A stretch of 64,000 nt of DNA from an uncultured Pseudomonadales bacterium (GTDB lineage: Bacteria > Patescibacteriota > Microgenomatia > UBA1400 > PJMF01), in NCBI GenBank assembly GCA_964521215.1, contig CAZFRD010000002.1, positions 10,798-74,797 of the forward strand, in the 5' to 3' direction. The position numbers and the translations under genes were made by a program. The notes beneath the pieces were generated by a model. The model made no database searches. It worked only from the letters and a program-made list of their open reading frames with translations, and was not told the origin of the DNA. This document shows, piece after piece, positions 1 to 9,980 of this stretch. Position 1 is the stretch's first letter. The number at the start of each line of letters is the position of its first letter.

Positions 1-971
1 ATCACCGGTTCCAAAATAGTCGTAAATTTGGCAAGACTTTTTGTGACTTCGTAGTCCATGTGGTCAGCGACCGATTGCATGGCGGTTTCTAGGGTGCCCG
101 TTTTTTCACCCACTTCCATTAGTTTGATCATCATTTCCGGTACAATCCGCTGTTTGCTCCGCAAGCCTTGAAAAAACGGGTAGCCAGAAACCGCCCGGTT
201 ACGTGCTTGCTTGATCAATGCCCTGACTTCAGACTTTCTCACAACTTCTTCTGCCAGTTCTAATGCCATGACGATCGGAATACCAGAAGACAAAAGTAAA
301 TATAAATTCCTGGTGAAGTGAGTCAAATCTGTTTTTCTGATTAATTGAGACACACCTGGCAAATCGTAAAGAAAATTGAATAACAACTCACGCTTGTAGC
401 GGTAAAACATCATCACTCCCACCACCACAGCCACTGAGACTCCAATGACAATAAACGGATGGTGAATCAAGGCATTGGAGAGCACTATCATCATTCGAGT
501 CGCAAAAGGTAAACTCACTTTCAACCGACTAAAAACTTGAGCAATTTTGGGGATCACCACCAGCAACATCACCACTAGAACAACCACAAATACTACCATG
601 ACTAAAGCTGGATACATCAAAGCAGATTTGACATTGTCTGCGAATTGCATTTCCTTCAACATGTTTTTTTCGATATCTTTGAGCGAAGTTTCCAAAGTAC
701 CTGACTCTTCAGCTGATTTGATGAGGTTGACTGTTACCTTATCAAAGGCACGAGGAAACTTAGAAAATGATTGATGCAAGTGATGACCCGAACTGATATC
801 TTCTTGAACAATTAGCAACACCTGCCTGGTATCTTTCTTCGATTCATCGAGCAGAGATTCTATCGTTTCCGCAATGGGAATACCGGCGGACAACATCGTT
901 GCCATATTGCTAAACAAGGATATTTTGTCGTCTGCAGACAAGCGGAGGTTTGCAGGATTGACCGTCTTCAT
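1..971 (-). CDS. pilC: Type II secretion F-family / type IV pilus platform protein PilC (3' end runs off the window)
   Basis: Not in the ORF track. Manual translation from the ATG at 971 (TAATG overlap with the pilB stop) gives MKTVNPANLRLSADDKISLFSNMATMLSAGIPIAE...SAEESGTLE...SALMYPA, typical T2SSF repeats. Confidence 0.88.
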   Translation of the reverse strand, partial: MKTVNPANLRLSADDKISLFSNMATMLSAGIPIAETIESLLDESKKDTRQVLLIVQEDISSGHHLHQSFSKFPRAFDKVTVNLIKSAEESGTLETSLKDIEKNMLKEMQFADNVKSALMYPALVMVVFVVVLVVMLLVVIPKIAQVFSRLKVSLPFATRMMIVLSNALIHHPFIVIGVSVAVVVGVMMFYRYKRELLFNFLYDLPGVSQLIRKTDLTHFTRNLYLLLSSGIPIVMALELAEEVVRKSEVRALIKQARNRAVSGYPFFQGLRSKQRIVPEMMIKLMEVGEKTGTLETAMQSVADHMDYEVTKSLAKFTTILEPV

Positions 972-2668
972 TATTTGATCTCTTCCGTGCGAGTCACACG
1001 TAGTATTTCTTCGATGGTGGTCATGCCCTGGATAATCTTCTGCAAGCCATCTTCAAACATGGTGGTCATACCTTCTTTGACAGCCTGAGCATGGATCACG
1101 TCAGAATCGGCTCGTTTGGTAACTAGGTCGCGAATTTCTTTAGAAATAGTCAGCACTTCGTAGATACCAATTCGACCTAGATAGCCAGTTTGGTGGCAAA
1201 ATCGACAACCTTTACCTTTATAAATGGAGATTTTGCCAGTTTTCACTCCCAAATTCTCTGGCAATTTTTCAATAAAAAGACGCTTGGTTAGTTCACTAGT
1301 CTCGATTTTTTCCTCTGCTTGGCAGTGAGCGCAAATTTTTCGCACCAATCTTTGGCCAATGATCACTCGCACTGTAGATGCTACCAAAAATGGTTCAACT
1401 TCCATATCAAATAATCTGGGAAGCGTGGTGGCTGCATTATTTGTGTGCAAGGTGGAGAGCACCAAGTGACCGGTCAGGGCAGCGTTGACAGCAATAGAAG
1501 CGGTTTCATTGTCACGGATTTCACCCACAAAGATCACGTCAGGATCTTGTCTGAGGAGCGAACGCAAACCAGCCGCAAAAGTTAAGTTGGTTTTAGGATT
1601 GACCTGCACCTGATTGGCTCCTGGCAATCGATACTCAATTGGATCTTCAATACTAGTAATGTTCCTCTCACGAGTGTTGACTAACTTCAAAATAGAATAC
1701 ATGGTAGTAGTTTTACCTGACCCAGTTGGACCAGTACTCAAGACCATGCCGTATGACTGGTTGTAGGCATTGGTAATCCGCTTGAGCGCCTCTTCGCTGA
1801 AACCCAAATCTTCGAGAGAGTAAGATCGAGCCTTAGAGGTGAGCAAACGCGCCACTACCTTTTCGCCTTCGGCAACTGGAATGATCGAAATGCGCAAGTC
1901 CAAGCGGTCGTCGTTGAGCATCATCGTCATTTTTCCGTCTTGAGCCGCTAAGTGCTGATCAGTCCGCAGTCGTGATAGGACCTTGATGCGGGTGACGACT
2001 CGGTCTAGTAAATACTTAGGCAAAGTAAAAATGTCATGCAACATACCATCAATCCGAAATCTGACTAAAAAGTCGTCTTCTCTCGGTTCAATATGAATAT
2101 CCGAAGCATTCTGCTCATGAGCGACCTCGATTAGTTGATCAACTAACTTCTTAACCGGCGGATCATGCACCGTGGTCCGAATAACAAAACTGTCATCATC
2201 ACGCAAAAATCGTTCAAAGTACTTTTGAAAATTGACTGTGTAATTTGTGAGTGCTTGATCAATAGAGGCGGAAGTAGTGTAGGCTAATTGAGCCGTTTTG
2301 CCATTTTTCTTTGCCAGCAATTGGACAAACAAGCGATTGGATTGCGGATCATCCGTAGCAATCCATAAACCTTCTTTGGGATCTTGACGATAACAGATGA
2401 CCCTGCGACGCTTGGCCACTTCTGGCGGAATCTGTTCTAGAGCCGACTGGTCTGTTTCTTTGTCGAGCAAATTAACAAATGGCACTTGAAAATACTTCGC
2501 CAAGATCTCGCCCAATGCCTCTGTAGTTAAAAGTTTCTCCTCCACCACTACACTGGCCAAGTCACGTTTGTTGCTTTTGGCTTCATCAACCCATTTGGTA
2601 AGTTCCTCAGCTTTAACCTTTCCTGATTGGACTAAGATCTGTTGGAGGGCGGCAGTGTCTAAACTCAT
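971..2668 (-). CDS. pilB: Type IV pilus assembly ATPase PilB/GspE
   Basis: Motifs ASDIHIEP, Walker A GPTGSGKTT, IEDPIEY, LRQDPDVIFVGEIRD, TGHLVLSTLHTN and Zn-binding CxxC pairs; adjacent to pilC. Confidence 0.93.
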   Translation of the reverse strand: MSLDTAALQQILVQSGKVKAEELTKWVDEAKSNKRDLASVVVEEKLLTTEALGEILAKYFQVPFVNLLDKETDQSALEQIPPEVAKRRRVICYRQDPKEGLWIATDDPQSNRLFVQLLAKKNGKTAQLAYTTSASIDQALTNYTVNFQKYFERFLRDDDSFVIRTTVHDPPVKKLVDQLIEVAHEQNASDIHIEPREDDFLVRFRIDGMLHDIFTLPKYLLDRVVTRIKVLSRLRTDQHLAAQDGKMTMMLNDDRLDLRISIIPVAEGEKVVARLLTSKARSYSLEDLGFSEEALKRITNAYNQSYGMVLSTGPTGSGKTTTMYSILKLVNTRERNITSIEDPIEYRLPGANQVQVNPKTNLTFAAGLRSLLRQDPDVIFVGEIRDNETASIAVNAALTGHLVLSTLHTNNAATTLPRLFDMEVEPFLVASTVRVIIGQRLVRKICAHCQAEEKIETSELTKRLFIEKLPENLGVKTGKISIYKGKGCRFCHQTGYLGRIGIYEVLTISKEIRDLVTKRADSDVIHAQAVKEGMTTMFEDGLQKIIQGMTTIEEILRVTRTEEIK

Positions 2669-2715
2669 GTTGTTCTATCATAGCCAGTCTGACCGCAGGT
2701 CACAACTGGCTCTTA

Positions 2716-5058
2716 CTACAGGTTGCTCCGTGATTGAATTTCACGCTCCACCTCATCTTTATCTCTTCCATATTTCAATCTGGATAGTTGTTTAATCATT
2801 TCTGCTTGCTTGGGGTTCATCCTGGCTTTGACTTTGTCCATATCTTTGGCCAATGACATGCTAAATGGCGGAACAGGTTCATTGCCAACAATCGTTTTCA
2901 TATAGACATGATATTTTTCAATGTTGGTGAGGTCGATTTCATTGAAAGTGGGAGCAAATTCATGTTGTAAAAAGTTAGCATCTGGCACACCTACCCGGAA
3001 GGAAACCATCGTACCAACGTTACCAAAGACGGCATTTTTTACATCTTCGTCAATCTGAGCCACAAACTGGTTGGCGACGATTAAATTCAGACGGTATTTT
3101 CTAGCTTCGGACAAAATGACGGCAAAATCTTCCGTGGCATAGTTCTGAAACTCATCAACATAAAGGTAAAAGTCATTACGTTTGTCCATCTCCATGTCTT
3201 GTCTACTCATCGCCGCTGTCAGTACTTTTGGTACTAAAATTAGGCCCAAAAATTTAGCGTCCTCTTCTCCCAAAATACCTTTGGACAAATTACATAAGAT
3301 GATTTTATTTTGATCCATCGCTTCACGGAAATTAAAGGCGCTGGTTGGTTGACCAATAATGTTACGCATAGTTTTGTTGGTCACAAATCGACCAAATTTT
3401 GACACAATATAGTCCAACACCTCAGATTTATGAAAGTCCGAAGTCTGAGCAATCTGATCTGTCCAGTACCGACGAACTACTGGATCTTTAACAATTGGTA
3501 ATAGTTCTTGCACGTATTTTTGATCGGTCAGCGCTCGGACTAATTCGATAAAAGTTGAGCCAGGCTTATACATAATCGTTAACATGGCGTTACGGATAGC
3601 ATGTTCAAAACGCGGACCAATGATGCCAGTTCGATGTGGATCATAAAGTTTGTACATCAAACCGATAATTGAACCAACCACAAAGTGACGTTGTTCTTCG
3701 GTGTCTGCTTCCATCATGTTCATGCCCATAGGCCGATCCAGATCGGACGGATTAAAATAGATCACATCATCGGCACGGTCGGGTGGCATGAGTTGCAAAA
3801 TATCTTCAACAAATTCACCGTGGGGATCAATGGCGCAGACTCCTTTGCCTGACTCAATATCCTGCAAGATCATTTCTTTGAGAAACTCAGATTTACCCGT
3901 ACCCGTCTTTCCCACGATGTACATGTGGCGTCGACGATCTTCATGACCGATATGCACTTTGCGAACTTCGCCCCGATAGTGCGATGCTCCCAGATACAAA
4001 CCAGTATTAGGAATTAAGTTGGGAGCTGGCGCATTTTTTGCATTGAGCCATTTAATATGATGTGTTTCCACAGTTTTATTTGGGAGGTGAAAGACAGTCG
4101 CAATTTCCTCAGTATTCAAAATGATTGAGTTGCGTCTGAGTAAAGGCATGTACCGATAAATAAAATCAATCATAAATAAATGTTTCAGAAAGACTCTACC
4201 CCGCTTAAAACTGTTGTAAGCAGATGAAAATTGAGAAAATGCGCCCACAATGTTATTGATATGCGATTCGGCGGTGGTTTCATTAGGCGAACTAACTACC
4301 ACCCGAATCGCCACTCTGAAACCAGGTTTTTCTATTTTGGAATTAATCGCTTCCATTTCTTTGGGATCGTGACCATAAGTGGCTTTTTCGGGATCGGCTT
4401 CGCGCTTTTTTTCTGACTGTACAAAACCTTTACCTTTTTTTTGCCAACCCTTGCCTTCTGGGGTGAGCAATATCTGGATCATTGCACCTTCGCCATCACC
4501 CATCTTTGACAGTGCCGAAGTGATCAGCGACAAACCGTCAGTTGGTAAATCTTTGTAAGTTTTGATCGGAAAATAGTTAGATTTTTCAAAACAAATTGCA
4601 GCGAAATCAACCTTACCTTTTTCACTAAAAATATTGACTTCTTCTACCTCTTTAATATCAGCGTTGGGATAAGCACCGTGGATTTGTTTTTCGACTAAGT
4701 CTCGTAACAAGGCTGGGCAACTGACGTAGATGGCGATATCTTCCTTCAAAGCCACAATTTCAAAAGCAAAAGAATGTTCTGGTTTTAACCAAGATAAAAA
4801 GCCCCGACGTTTGACAGAATATAATCCAGAAAACATTTGCTCTGCTGCGTCGATTTTGATTTCATTATCTTTTGGCAAACGGATCATGAGTGTCACAAAA
4901 TTGAGTGCGTAGGCTTCTCTTTTTCGGTGCTTCAACCATTGAAAAATCATGTAGGCAAAAACGGCCACGATGGCACCCACAAGCAACAACAGTGTCAGTT
5001 GGCTAAAAAATGTGACCAATATGTTGGTCAACTCAGAGATGTTAAATTTGGGATTCAT
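2716..5058 (-). CDS. VirD4/TraG/TrwB-like (HerA-FtsK superfamily) membrane-anchored ATPase
   Basis: N-terminal TM segment, DRRRHMYIVGKTGTGKS Walker A, IDPHGE, LYVDEFQNY Walker B, LSEARKY and ANQF. Confidence 0.8.
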   Translation of the reverse strand: MNPKFNISELTNILVTFFSQLTLLLLVGAIVAVFAYMIFQWLKHRKREAYALNFVTLMIRLPKDNEIKIDAAEQMFSGLYSVKRRGFLSWLKPEHSFAFEIVALKEDIAIYVSCPALLRDLVEKQIHGAYPNADIKEVEEVNIFSEKGKVDFAAICFEKSNYFPIKTYKDLPTDGLSLITSALSKMGDGEGAMIQILLTPEGKGWQKKGKGFVQSEKKREADPEKATYGHDPKEMEAINSKIEKPGFRVAIRVVVSSPNETTAESHINNIVGAFSQFSSAYNSFKRGRVFLKHLFMIDFIYRYMPLLRRNSIILNTEEIATVFHLPNKTVETHHIKWLNAKNAPAPNLIPNTGLYLGASHYRGEVRKVHIGHEDRRRHMYIVGKTGTGKSEFLKEMILQDIESGKGVCAIDPHGEFVEDILQLMPPDRADDVIYFNPSDLDRPMGMNMMEADTEEQRHFVVGSIIGLMYKLYDPHRTGIIGPRFEHAIRNAMLTIMYKPGSTFIELVRALTDQKYVQELLPIVKDPVVRRYWTDQIAQTSDFHKSEVLDYIVSKFGRFVTNKTMRNIIGQPTSAFNFREAMDQNKIILCNLSKGILGEEDAKFLGLILVPKVLTAAMSRQDMEMDKRNDFYLYVDEFQNYATEDFAVILSEARKYRLNLIVANQFVAQIDEDVKNAVFGNVGTMVSFRVGVPDANFLQHEFAPTFNEIDLTNIEKYHVYMKTIVGNEPVPPFSMSLAKDMDKVKARMNPKQAEMIKQLSRLKYGRDKDEVEREIQSRSNL

Positions 5059-5890
5059 GACGGTAGACTACTTTTCCTACAAATTTTTTAATAATTTTGT
5101 GACTCCATTCTAGCAACCAAGTGAAGCTGAGCTTTACATCTTTGACTGGATGCTGTTCATCTTCGGCAGTAATTGGCAAGACAATCACCGTTTGGGTGGG
5201 ATGCGATTGGGGCAAAGCCTGAACATTACCATCGGCTACGACCAGTTCCTGGGGTAGCTTATCGGCATGATCCTCTACTCGTTCCAAAAATCCTTCCACC
5301 TCAACGGGTAGCTCTGAAGCTGGCTCAAGTTCCACTTGGCCAATCAGCCCAGCTTCTGGTACGGCGCTATTGGAAGCGACCGTTTCCGGTTTGCGTGCGC
5401 CGGAGGGGTTTATCCCCTGAGGATTGAGGGGGTCATTGGCGATGATGGCGGCTGGCATAACCTGGTCAAAAACGCTGGAAGCTTGCTCGGCTTCGGTTAA
5501 CACTTGATCAAAAAGTGCCAGCCGCTCATCTTCAGTTAAATCAAAGTCTTGCGCTTGATCTTCATCAACCGCTAGCATTTGGGTAGCTGGCGTACCTGTT
5601 GCTGGCGTTGGAGTATAGGAATTGGTCGATGTTTGATTTTGACCACCGTCGTCTGATAGTTGAGATGAACTCACTAGATGAGGTTGATCGGTCAATTGGT
5701 CTAGTTGATCCGAAGGGGTTGCATTAATATGATCTGCTGAGTCTACAGAACTTTGATCAATTGTTGGATCATTTGCTGGATTAATAGCTGGATCAATTAC
5801 CGCAGGTTCAGTTACCATCGGCTGAGGAGGCATAGTTGTTGGCGGTGCAAAAGGATCAAATACCGCCTGTCCTGTCGGGGCAGTTATCAT
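5042..5890 (-). CDS. Hypothetical acidic, low-complexity protein overlapping the VirD4-like gene
   Basis: 282-aa ORF rich in P/T/D/Q with an ordered-looking C-terminus (SFTWLLEWSHKIIKK); TATGAT lies 6 nt before the ATG. Confidence 0.65.
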   Translation of the reverse strand: MITAPTGQAVFDPFAPPTTMPPQPMVTEPAVIDPAINPANDPTIDQSSVDSADHINATPSDQLDQLTDQPHLVSSSQLSDDGGQNQTSTNSYTPTPATGTPATQMLAVDEDQAQDFDLTEDERLALFDQVLTEAEQASSVFDQVMPAAIIANDPLNPQGINPSGARKPETVASNSAVPEAGLIGQVELEPASELPVEVEGFLERVEDHADKLPQELVVADGNVQALPQSHPTQTVIVLPITAEDEQHPVKDVKLSFTWLLEWSHKIIKKFVGKVVYRHESQI

Positions 5891-5962
5891 TGTTTCATCA
5901 TAGCATCTTGAGGGTTGGAAAAGAAGATAGCGAATTTTGTGAGGTGTGATAGTCAGAATAAA

Positions 5963-6475
5963 TCAAAGCGTTGTTATCTCCAGTTTGTCTCCAACTTGCA
6001 GGTTGAAGTGCTGGGCTTGACCGGCTGGTATTTCCAGCACCAGAGTAACTGGCTGGGTAGGACTGTAGACTGGCAGGTCGGATAATGGCGTTTTTGGATC
6101 CGGCGCCGGTACATCAGTTGTAATATCAACTATTGTTGAACCGTCGATCCAAACAATATCCAAATCAAACAGCATCTCTTTCATCCAAAAACGCGGCACT
6201 GATCGCTCAGGCATCACAAAAAGCAAGCCGTCTTCTGACATTACCGATCGACCACTTAATCCTTGCTCAATCGCCCAATCGGAAACTACTACTTCGACGG
6301 TCAGTTCCCCCACTGGTTGCGCTTGACCATCCCGATTGACCGCCAACTGAACTAATTGGTAATCCTCTAGCTTCGCAGGTTGAGATGGTTTTCTAGATTG
6401 AAATGGTTTGGACCAAATAAAGATCAGTCCCAAACCAAACACAAACAATAATAGTAAAAACCACTTATTTTTCAC
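5963..6475 (-). CDS. DUF192 family protein
   Basis: GLSGR, GLLFV, FWMKEMLFDLDIVWID and VLEIPAG motifs; N-terminal TM. The GTG at 6475 is preferred as start because TATCAT lies 6 nt upstream. Confidence 0.85.
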   Translation of the reverse strand: MKNKWFLLLLFVFGLGLIFIWSKPFQSRKPSQPAKLEDYQLVQLAVNRDGQAQPVGELTVEVVVSDWAIEQGLSGRSVMSEDGLLFVMPERSVPRFWMKEMLFDLDIVWIDGSTIVDITTDVPAPDPKTPLSDLPVYSPTQPVTLVLEIPAGQAQHFNLQVGDKLEITTL

Positions 6476-6518
6476 TTTCTCATGATATACTGCTTTTTTG
6501 TGGTTGCCCATTTCTGCT

Positions 6519-7475
6519 ATGCGAAAGTTCTCTATTTTTTACTATCTAGGCCTTGTGAGTTTAGTGACAATCTTTGGTGTAACTTTTATTAGCTTCTTTG
6601 GGTCAAGCCACTATTTTTTTGATCTGTTCGCTCACTTTCACCTGCAATATGCGATCGGTTGTCTGGTGTTGATGGGGTTTTTTCTGGTCCAGAAAAAACC
6701 CCTACTCGTCTTCACTGCCACCGTTGGTTTTATGATGCAATTTATCTTTCTACTGCCGTATTATTTTCAACCAACCGCCTCAGCTAACGATCAAGCCAAT
6801 GCTGAAACTATTCGCGTTTACTTTAATAATATCAATTACGGCACCACAGATTTTACTGCTTTAACCAAATCTATTGCTTACAATCATCCTCAAGTGGTTG
6901 GCATTGCCGAACTTTCAAGCGAAAAATTTGAACAGTTAGAAACTCAATTGCCGGATTATCCCTACAGCTTTCACGTTCCAGGCAGAAGTAAACTAGGGTT
7001 AGCAATTTTTTCTCAAATGCCCTTCGTCGACCAACCAAGTGTTCATTTCTTTTCTGACAGTCGCTTCCCCTCAATTGTTGCAGCCATCCAAGACTTTCAA
7101 ACAACCAAAAAACTTACAATTGTCGTTATTCACCCGCCTCCGCCTCTGCTCGCTGAATATACTCAGATCCGCAATGAGCTGTTTAATAATTTAGCTCAGT
7201 TTGCTCAAGACCAAACAGGTCCTCTTCTCGTCATGGGAGATTTTAATAGCACTAGCTGGTCACCAGCCTTTCAAACTTTGCTGGCCAACTCCACGCTGAT
7301 TGACTCTCGTAATAATCAGGGTATCCAACCATCTTGGCCTAGTCAGTTACCCAAGTTTCTAAGAATCCCGATTGATCACATGCTGACGAACGAGCTCTTA
7401 CCAGTCACCTACCGAGAAACGCTACCCTCAGTTGGTTCCGATCATCTGCCAATTTTAGCTGACTTTGCTTGGTAA
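6519..7475 (+). CDS. Endonuclease/exonuclease/phosphatase family membrane protein
   Basis: Three N-terminal TM segments; MGDFNST, IDH and GSDHLP motifs. Confidence 0.85.
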   Translation: MRKFSIFYYLGLVSLVTIFGVTFISFFGSSHYFFDLFAHFHLQYAIGCLVLMGFFLVQKKPLLVFTATVGFMMQFIFLLPYYFQPTASANDQANAETIRVYFNNINYGTTDFTALTKSIAYNHPQVVGIAELSSEKFEQLETQLPDYPYSFHVPGRSKLGLAIFSQMPFVDQPSVHFFSDSRFPSIVAAIQDFQTTKKLTIVVIHPPPPLLAEYTQIRNELFNNLAQFAQDQTGPLLVMGDFNSTSWSPAFQTLLANSTLIDSRNNQGIQPSWPSQLPKFLRIPIDHMLTNELLPVTYRETLPSVGSDHLPILADFAW

Positions 7476-8224
7476 TGTTTTCTTCCCAGTAGCGCCAGAC
7501 CAATAATTATTAATATGAGTAGCACATATTGGTTGAGACTCAAACCAATCCAGACGTTTTTTCCCCGATCAATGCGTAGAAAATCAAGTAGCAAGCGACC
7601 GAAGCCATAGAGCACTAAATACAATCCAGTTGATCCACCGGTTCCAAGCTGCCATTTGCTTCGCCAAATCCACAGCGTAATGACCAGATTAAGTAGCATT
7701 TCATACAAAAAAAGTGGATGAAAATGACTCTGAGATGCAACATTTCTCAATCGATGTTCAACATCGATGTAGATTCCCCAGGGTAGCTGTGTTGGCAATC
7801 CATACAGTTCTTGATTAACAAAATTACCTAACCGACCAATGATCTGACTAATTGGTAATGCGTGAACCACTAAGTCTGTGAGTAACAAAAAAGATAATTT
7901 GCCTTCGCTAGGCTTGGGTCTGCTTTGGAGCAATCTTAGTCCAATAGCAACCAGGCAGCCACCAATTATTCCACCAATAATACTCATCCCTCCCTGCCAA
8001 ACGTATAACAAGGCGATCGGATTTGGGGCATACAGATACCAGTCTGTCACCCCATGCCATAATCGGGCAAAAATAAACCCACCAACTAAAACTATCACAA
8101 TGTTGTTTTTGATTCTGTCAAAACTAATCTGGTATTTTTTACACGCAAGTCGTAAAAACTCCCACCCAGCTACTAAAGCAACGCCAATTATCAAACCATA
8201 GGGATGAAAAGTCAGACCAAACAT
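7442..8224 (-). CDS. lgt: Prolipoprotein diacylglyceryl transferase
   Basis: WQGGMSIIGG, IGRLGNFVNQELYG, HPLFLYE and DFLR motifs. Confidence 0.92.
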   Translation of the reverse strand: MFGLTFHPYGLIIGVALVAGWEFLRLACKKYQISFDRIKNNIVIVLVGGFIFARLWHGVTDWYLYAPNPIALLYVWQGGMSIIGGIIGGCLVAIGLRLLQSRPKPSEGKLSFLLLTDLVVHALPISQIIGRLGNFVNQELYGLPTQLPWGIYIDVEHRLRNVASQSHFHPLFLYEMLLNLVITLWIWRSKWQLGTGGSTGLYLVLYGFGRLLLDFLRIDRGKNVWIGLSLNQYVLLILIIIGLALLGRKHYQAKSAKIGR

Positions 8225-8237
8225 GTCGCTGATTGTA

Positions 8238-8723
8238 TTATATTAGCGCCAGCAACCAAATTGAAACATTCCAAAACAAAACTAGCGCTGAGAGCAGTTG
8301 AATTTCAGTTCCGGTGAGCGATCGCTGGAGTTGGTAAAAATAAGTTTTTTCTAACAAAGCTTTATCAGAGCGCAAGCCAAAAAACGTGGCAGTGATCTCG
8401 GCTAAAAAGCCGACTATTAAACCGCCTCCCAAAATACTGCCGGTTGAAGTGACGACAAAAAACGACAGTGGCACAAAAAGTCCCAGGAAAAGTAAAGACT
8501 GGGTAACCAAGCCATCGGTTTCATTCGATCGATACAAGTGGTGAAGGTATAACCTGTCAACTTTAACCAACATCAGGCCAAAAACAAGCCCGATAATCAA
8601 TAATGGTATTTGGTACCAAAGTGATCCCAGTTTATCGAAAGATAGTATGAGCGACAAGAAAAAGTAAATACCACCGATTGCCAGGGCAATTGGACTCGGT
8701 AGTAAATCTTTAATAAACTTCAT
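8238..8723 (-). CDS. Hypothetical membrane protein
   Basis: Multiple hydrophobic segments; ATG at 8723 preceded by TACACT 6 nt upstream. Confidence 0.65.
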   Translation of the reverse strand: MKFIKDLLPSPIALAIGGIYFFLSLILSFDKLGSLWYQIPLLIIGLVFGLMLVKVDRLYLHHLYRSNETDGLVTQSLLFLGLFVPLSFFVVTSTGSILGGGLIVGFLAEITATFFGLRSDKALLEKTYFYQLQRSLTGTEIQLLSALVLFWNVSIWLLALI

Positions 8724-8749
8724 TAGATTAGTGTACACTAAAAATCTTT

Positions 8750-9943
8750 TTATTTAAAAATCTGGAACTCTTTGGCATCAAGAACTCGCTCTACAGCCAT
8801 ATCGACTTTTTCAGCAAAAGTGGAATCAGCCATGTACTGAGCCGTAAGAGCCGACTTGACGAGTTGTAACTCCGCCGGAGTGGTTTCGGGACCAAACACT
8901 AGTAATTGGTTGCCAGCATAGACTGCTGAAAGTGCCACCGACTCGAGCGTTCTGGTGTAAGTCTTTGCCTCGCTATCATAAGCAACTGCCTTCATCGTCA
9001 AAGCGTCACTAATCACCAAAGTTTGGGGATTGGTGTTCTTTAATTGATCAATACAATCCGCACTCATGGAGCAAGGTAAACCTGGGATTTGATTGACTAT
9101 TCCCATGTGACCGACCATCACTCCTATCTGGGGAGAAGTTTCCAATATTGATTTAAAAGGCGTTACGTCTTTGGCTAAAACAGTTTGTTGGTCAAAACTT
9201 TTGTGCAGATCCTTAGTAGCTGATCCAATTCCAGGATAGTGTTTCAAGACGGGCAAAATTCCTCGGTTGAAAAAGGCAGTCACAAATTGCTCTCCATACT
9301 GACTAACTAACAATGGATCACCGCTACAAACTCGATTTTTTAGTACCACGCTGCTGCTGGCAACATCGATTGTCGGACCAAAAATCAGATGAATGCCCGC
9401 GAGGGCTAGCTCTTGAGCTGACTGATCAAGTATCGCTACTCTAGTTTCTTCTGTCTGGTTACAGAGCTCGCGGGCACTCGGTAAAACCGAAAAGCCATTT
9501 CCCGCCAATCGTTGGACGTCGCCGCCTTCGTGGTCCACGGCAATTATTATCGGCAACTTGTCAGTTGCCGTCGATTGTTTCACCAAAGTCGTCAACTCTT
9601 TTGCTTCTAGAGCACTAATCTGACTGCCAAAGATAGCAATGCTTCCAGGTTCCAAAGTTAAGAGTTGGTTCAGCTGGGCTTCATCGGAAGCAGAGTTATC
9701 CCCCAGCTGATAAGGTACCATCAACATCTGGCCCACTTTTTGCTCTGGAGTTAGATTGGTCAATTGCCACCGACGAGAAGGTTGAACGGCAGTTAACTCA
9801 CCTGCGGTAGTGGCTTGATCCTCCTGACTCTCAGTGGCGATCATTGATCCAGCAAATGGTCGCCACACATAGTTGTATCCAAGCGCCACACAAAAAAATA
9901 ACAACAGCAGTATCAGCAACAAAGTAGTTTTTGGGAACTTCAT
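8750..9943 (-). CDS. nagZ: Glycoside hydrolase family 3 (NagZ-like beta-N-acetylhexosaminidase), membrane-anchored
   Basis: AVDHEGGDVQRL, KHYPGIG, DLH and ISDALTM motifs; signal/TM segment follows the ATG at 9943. Confidence 0.8.
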   Translation of the reverse strand: MKFPKTTLLLILLLLFFCVALGYNYVWRPFAGSMIATESQEDQATTAGELTAVQPSRRWQLTNLTPEQKVGQMLMVPYQLGDNSASDEAQLNQLLTLEPGSIAIFGSQISALEAKELTTLVKQSTATDKLPIIIAVDHEGGDVQRLAGNGFSVLPSARELCNQTEETRVAILDQSAQELALAGIHLIFGPTIDVASSSVVLKNRVCSGDPLLVSQYGEQFVTAFFNRGILPVLKHYPGIGSATKDLHKSFDQQTVLAKDVTPFKSILETSPQIGVMVGHMGIVNQIPGLPCSMSADCIDQLKNTNPQTLVISDALTMKAVAYDSEAKTYTRTLESVALSAVYAGNQLLVFGPETTPAELQLVKSALTAQYMADSTFAEKVDMAVERVLDAKEFQIFK

Positions 9944-9980
9944 GATTATAGTGTAACAGCAGAACTCTTTGTTTAGCTGA

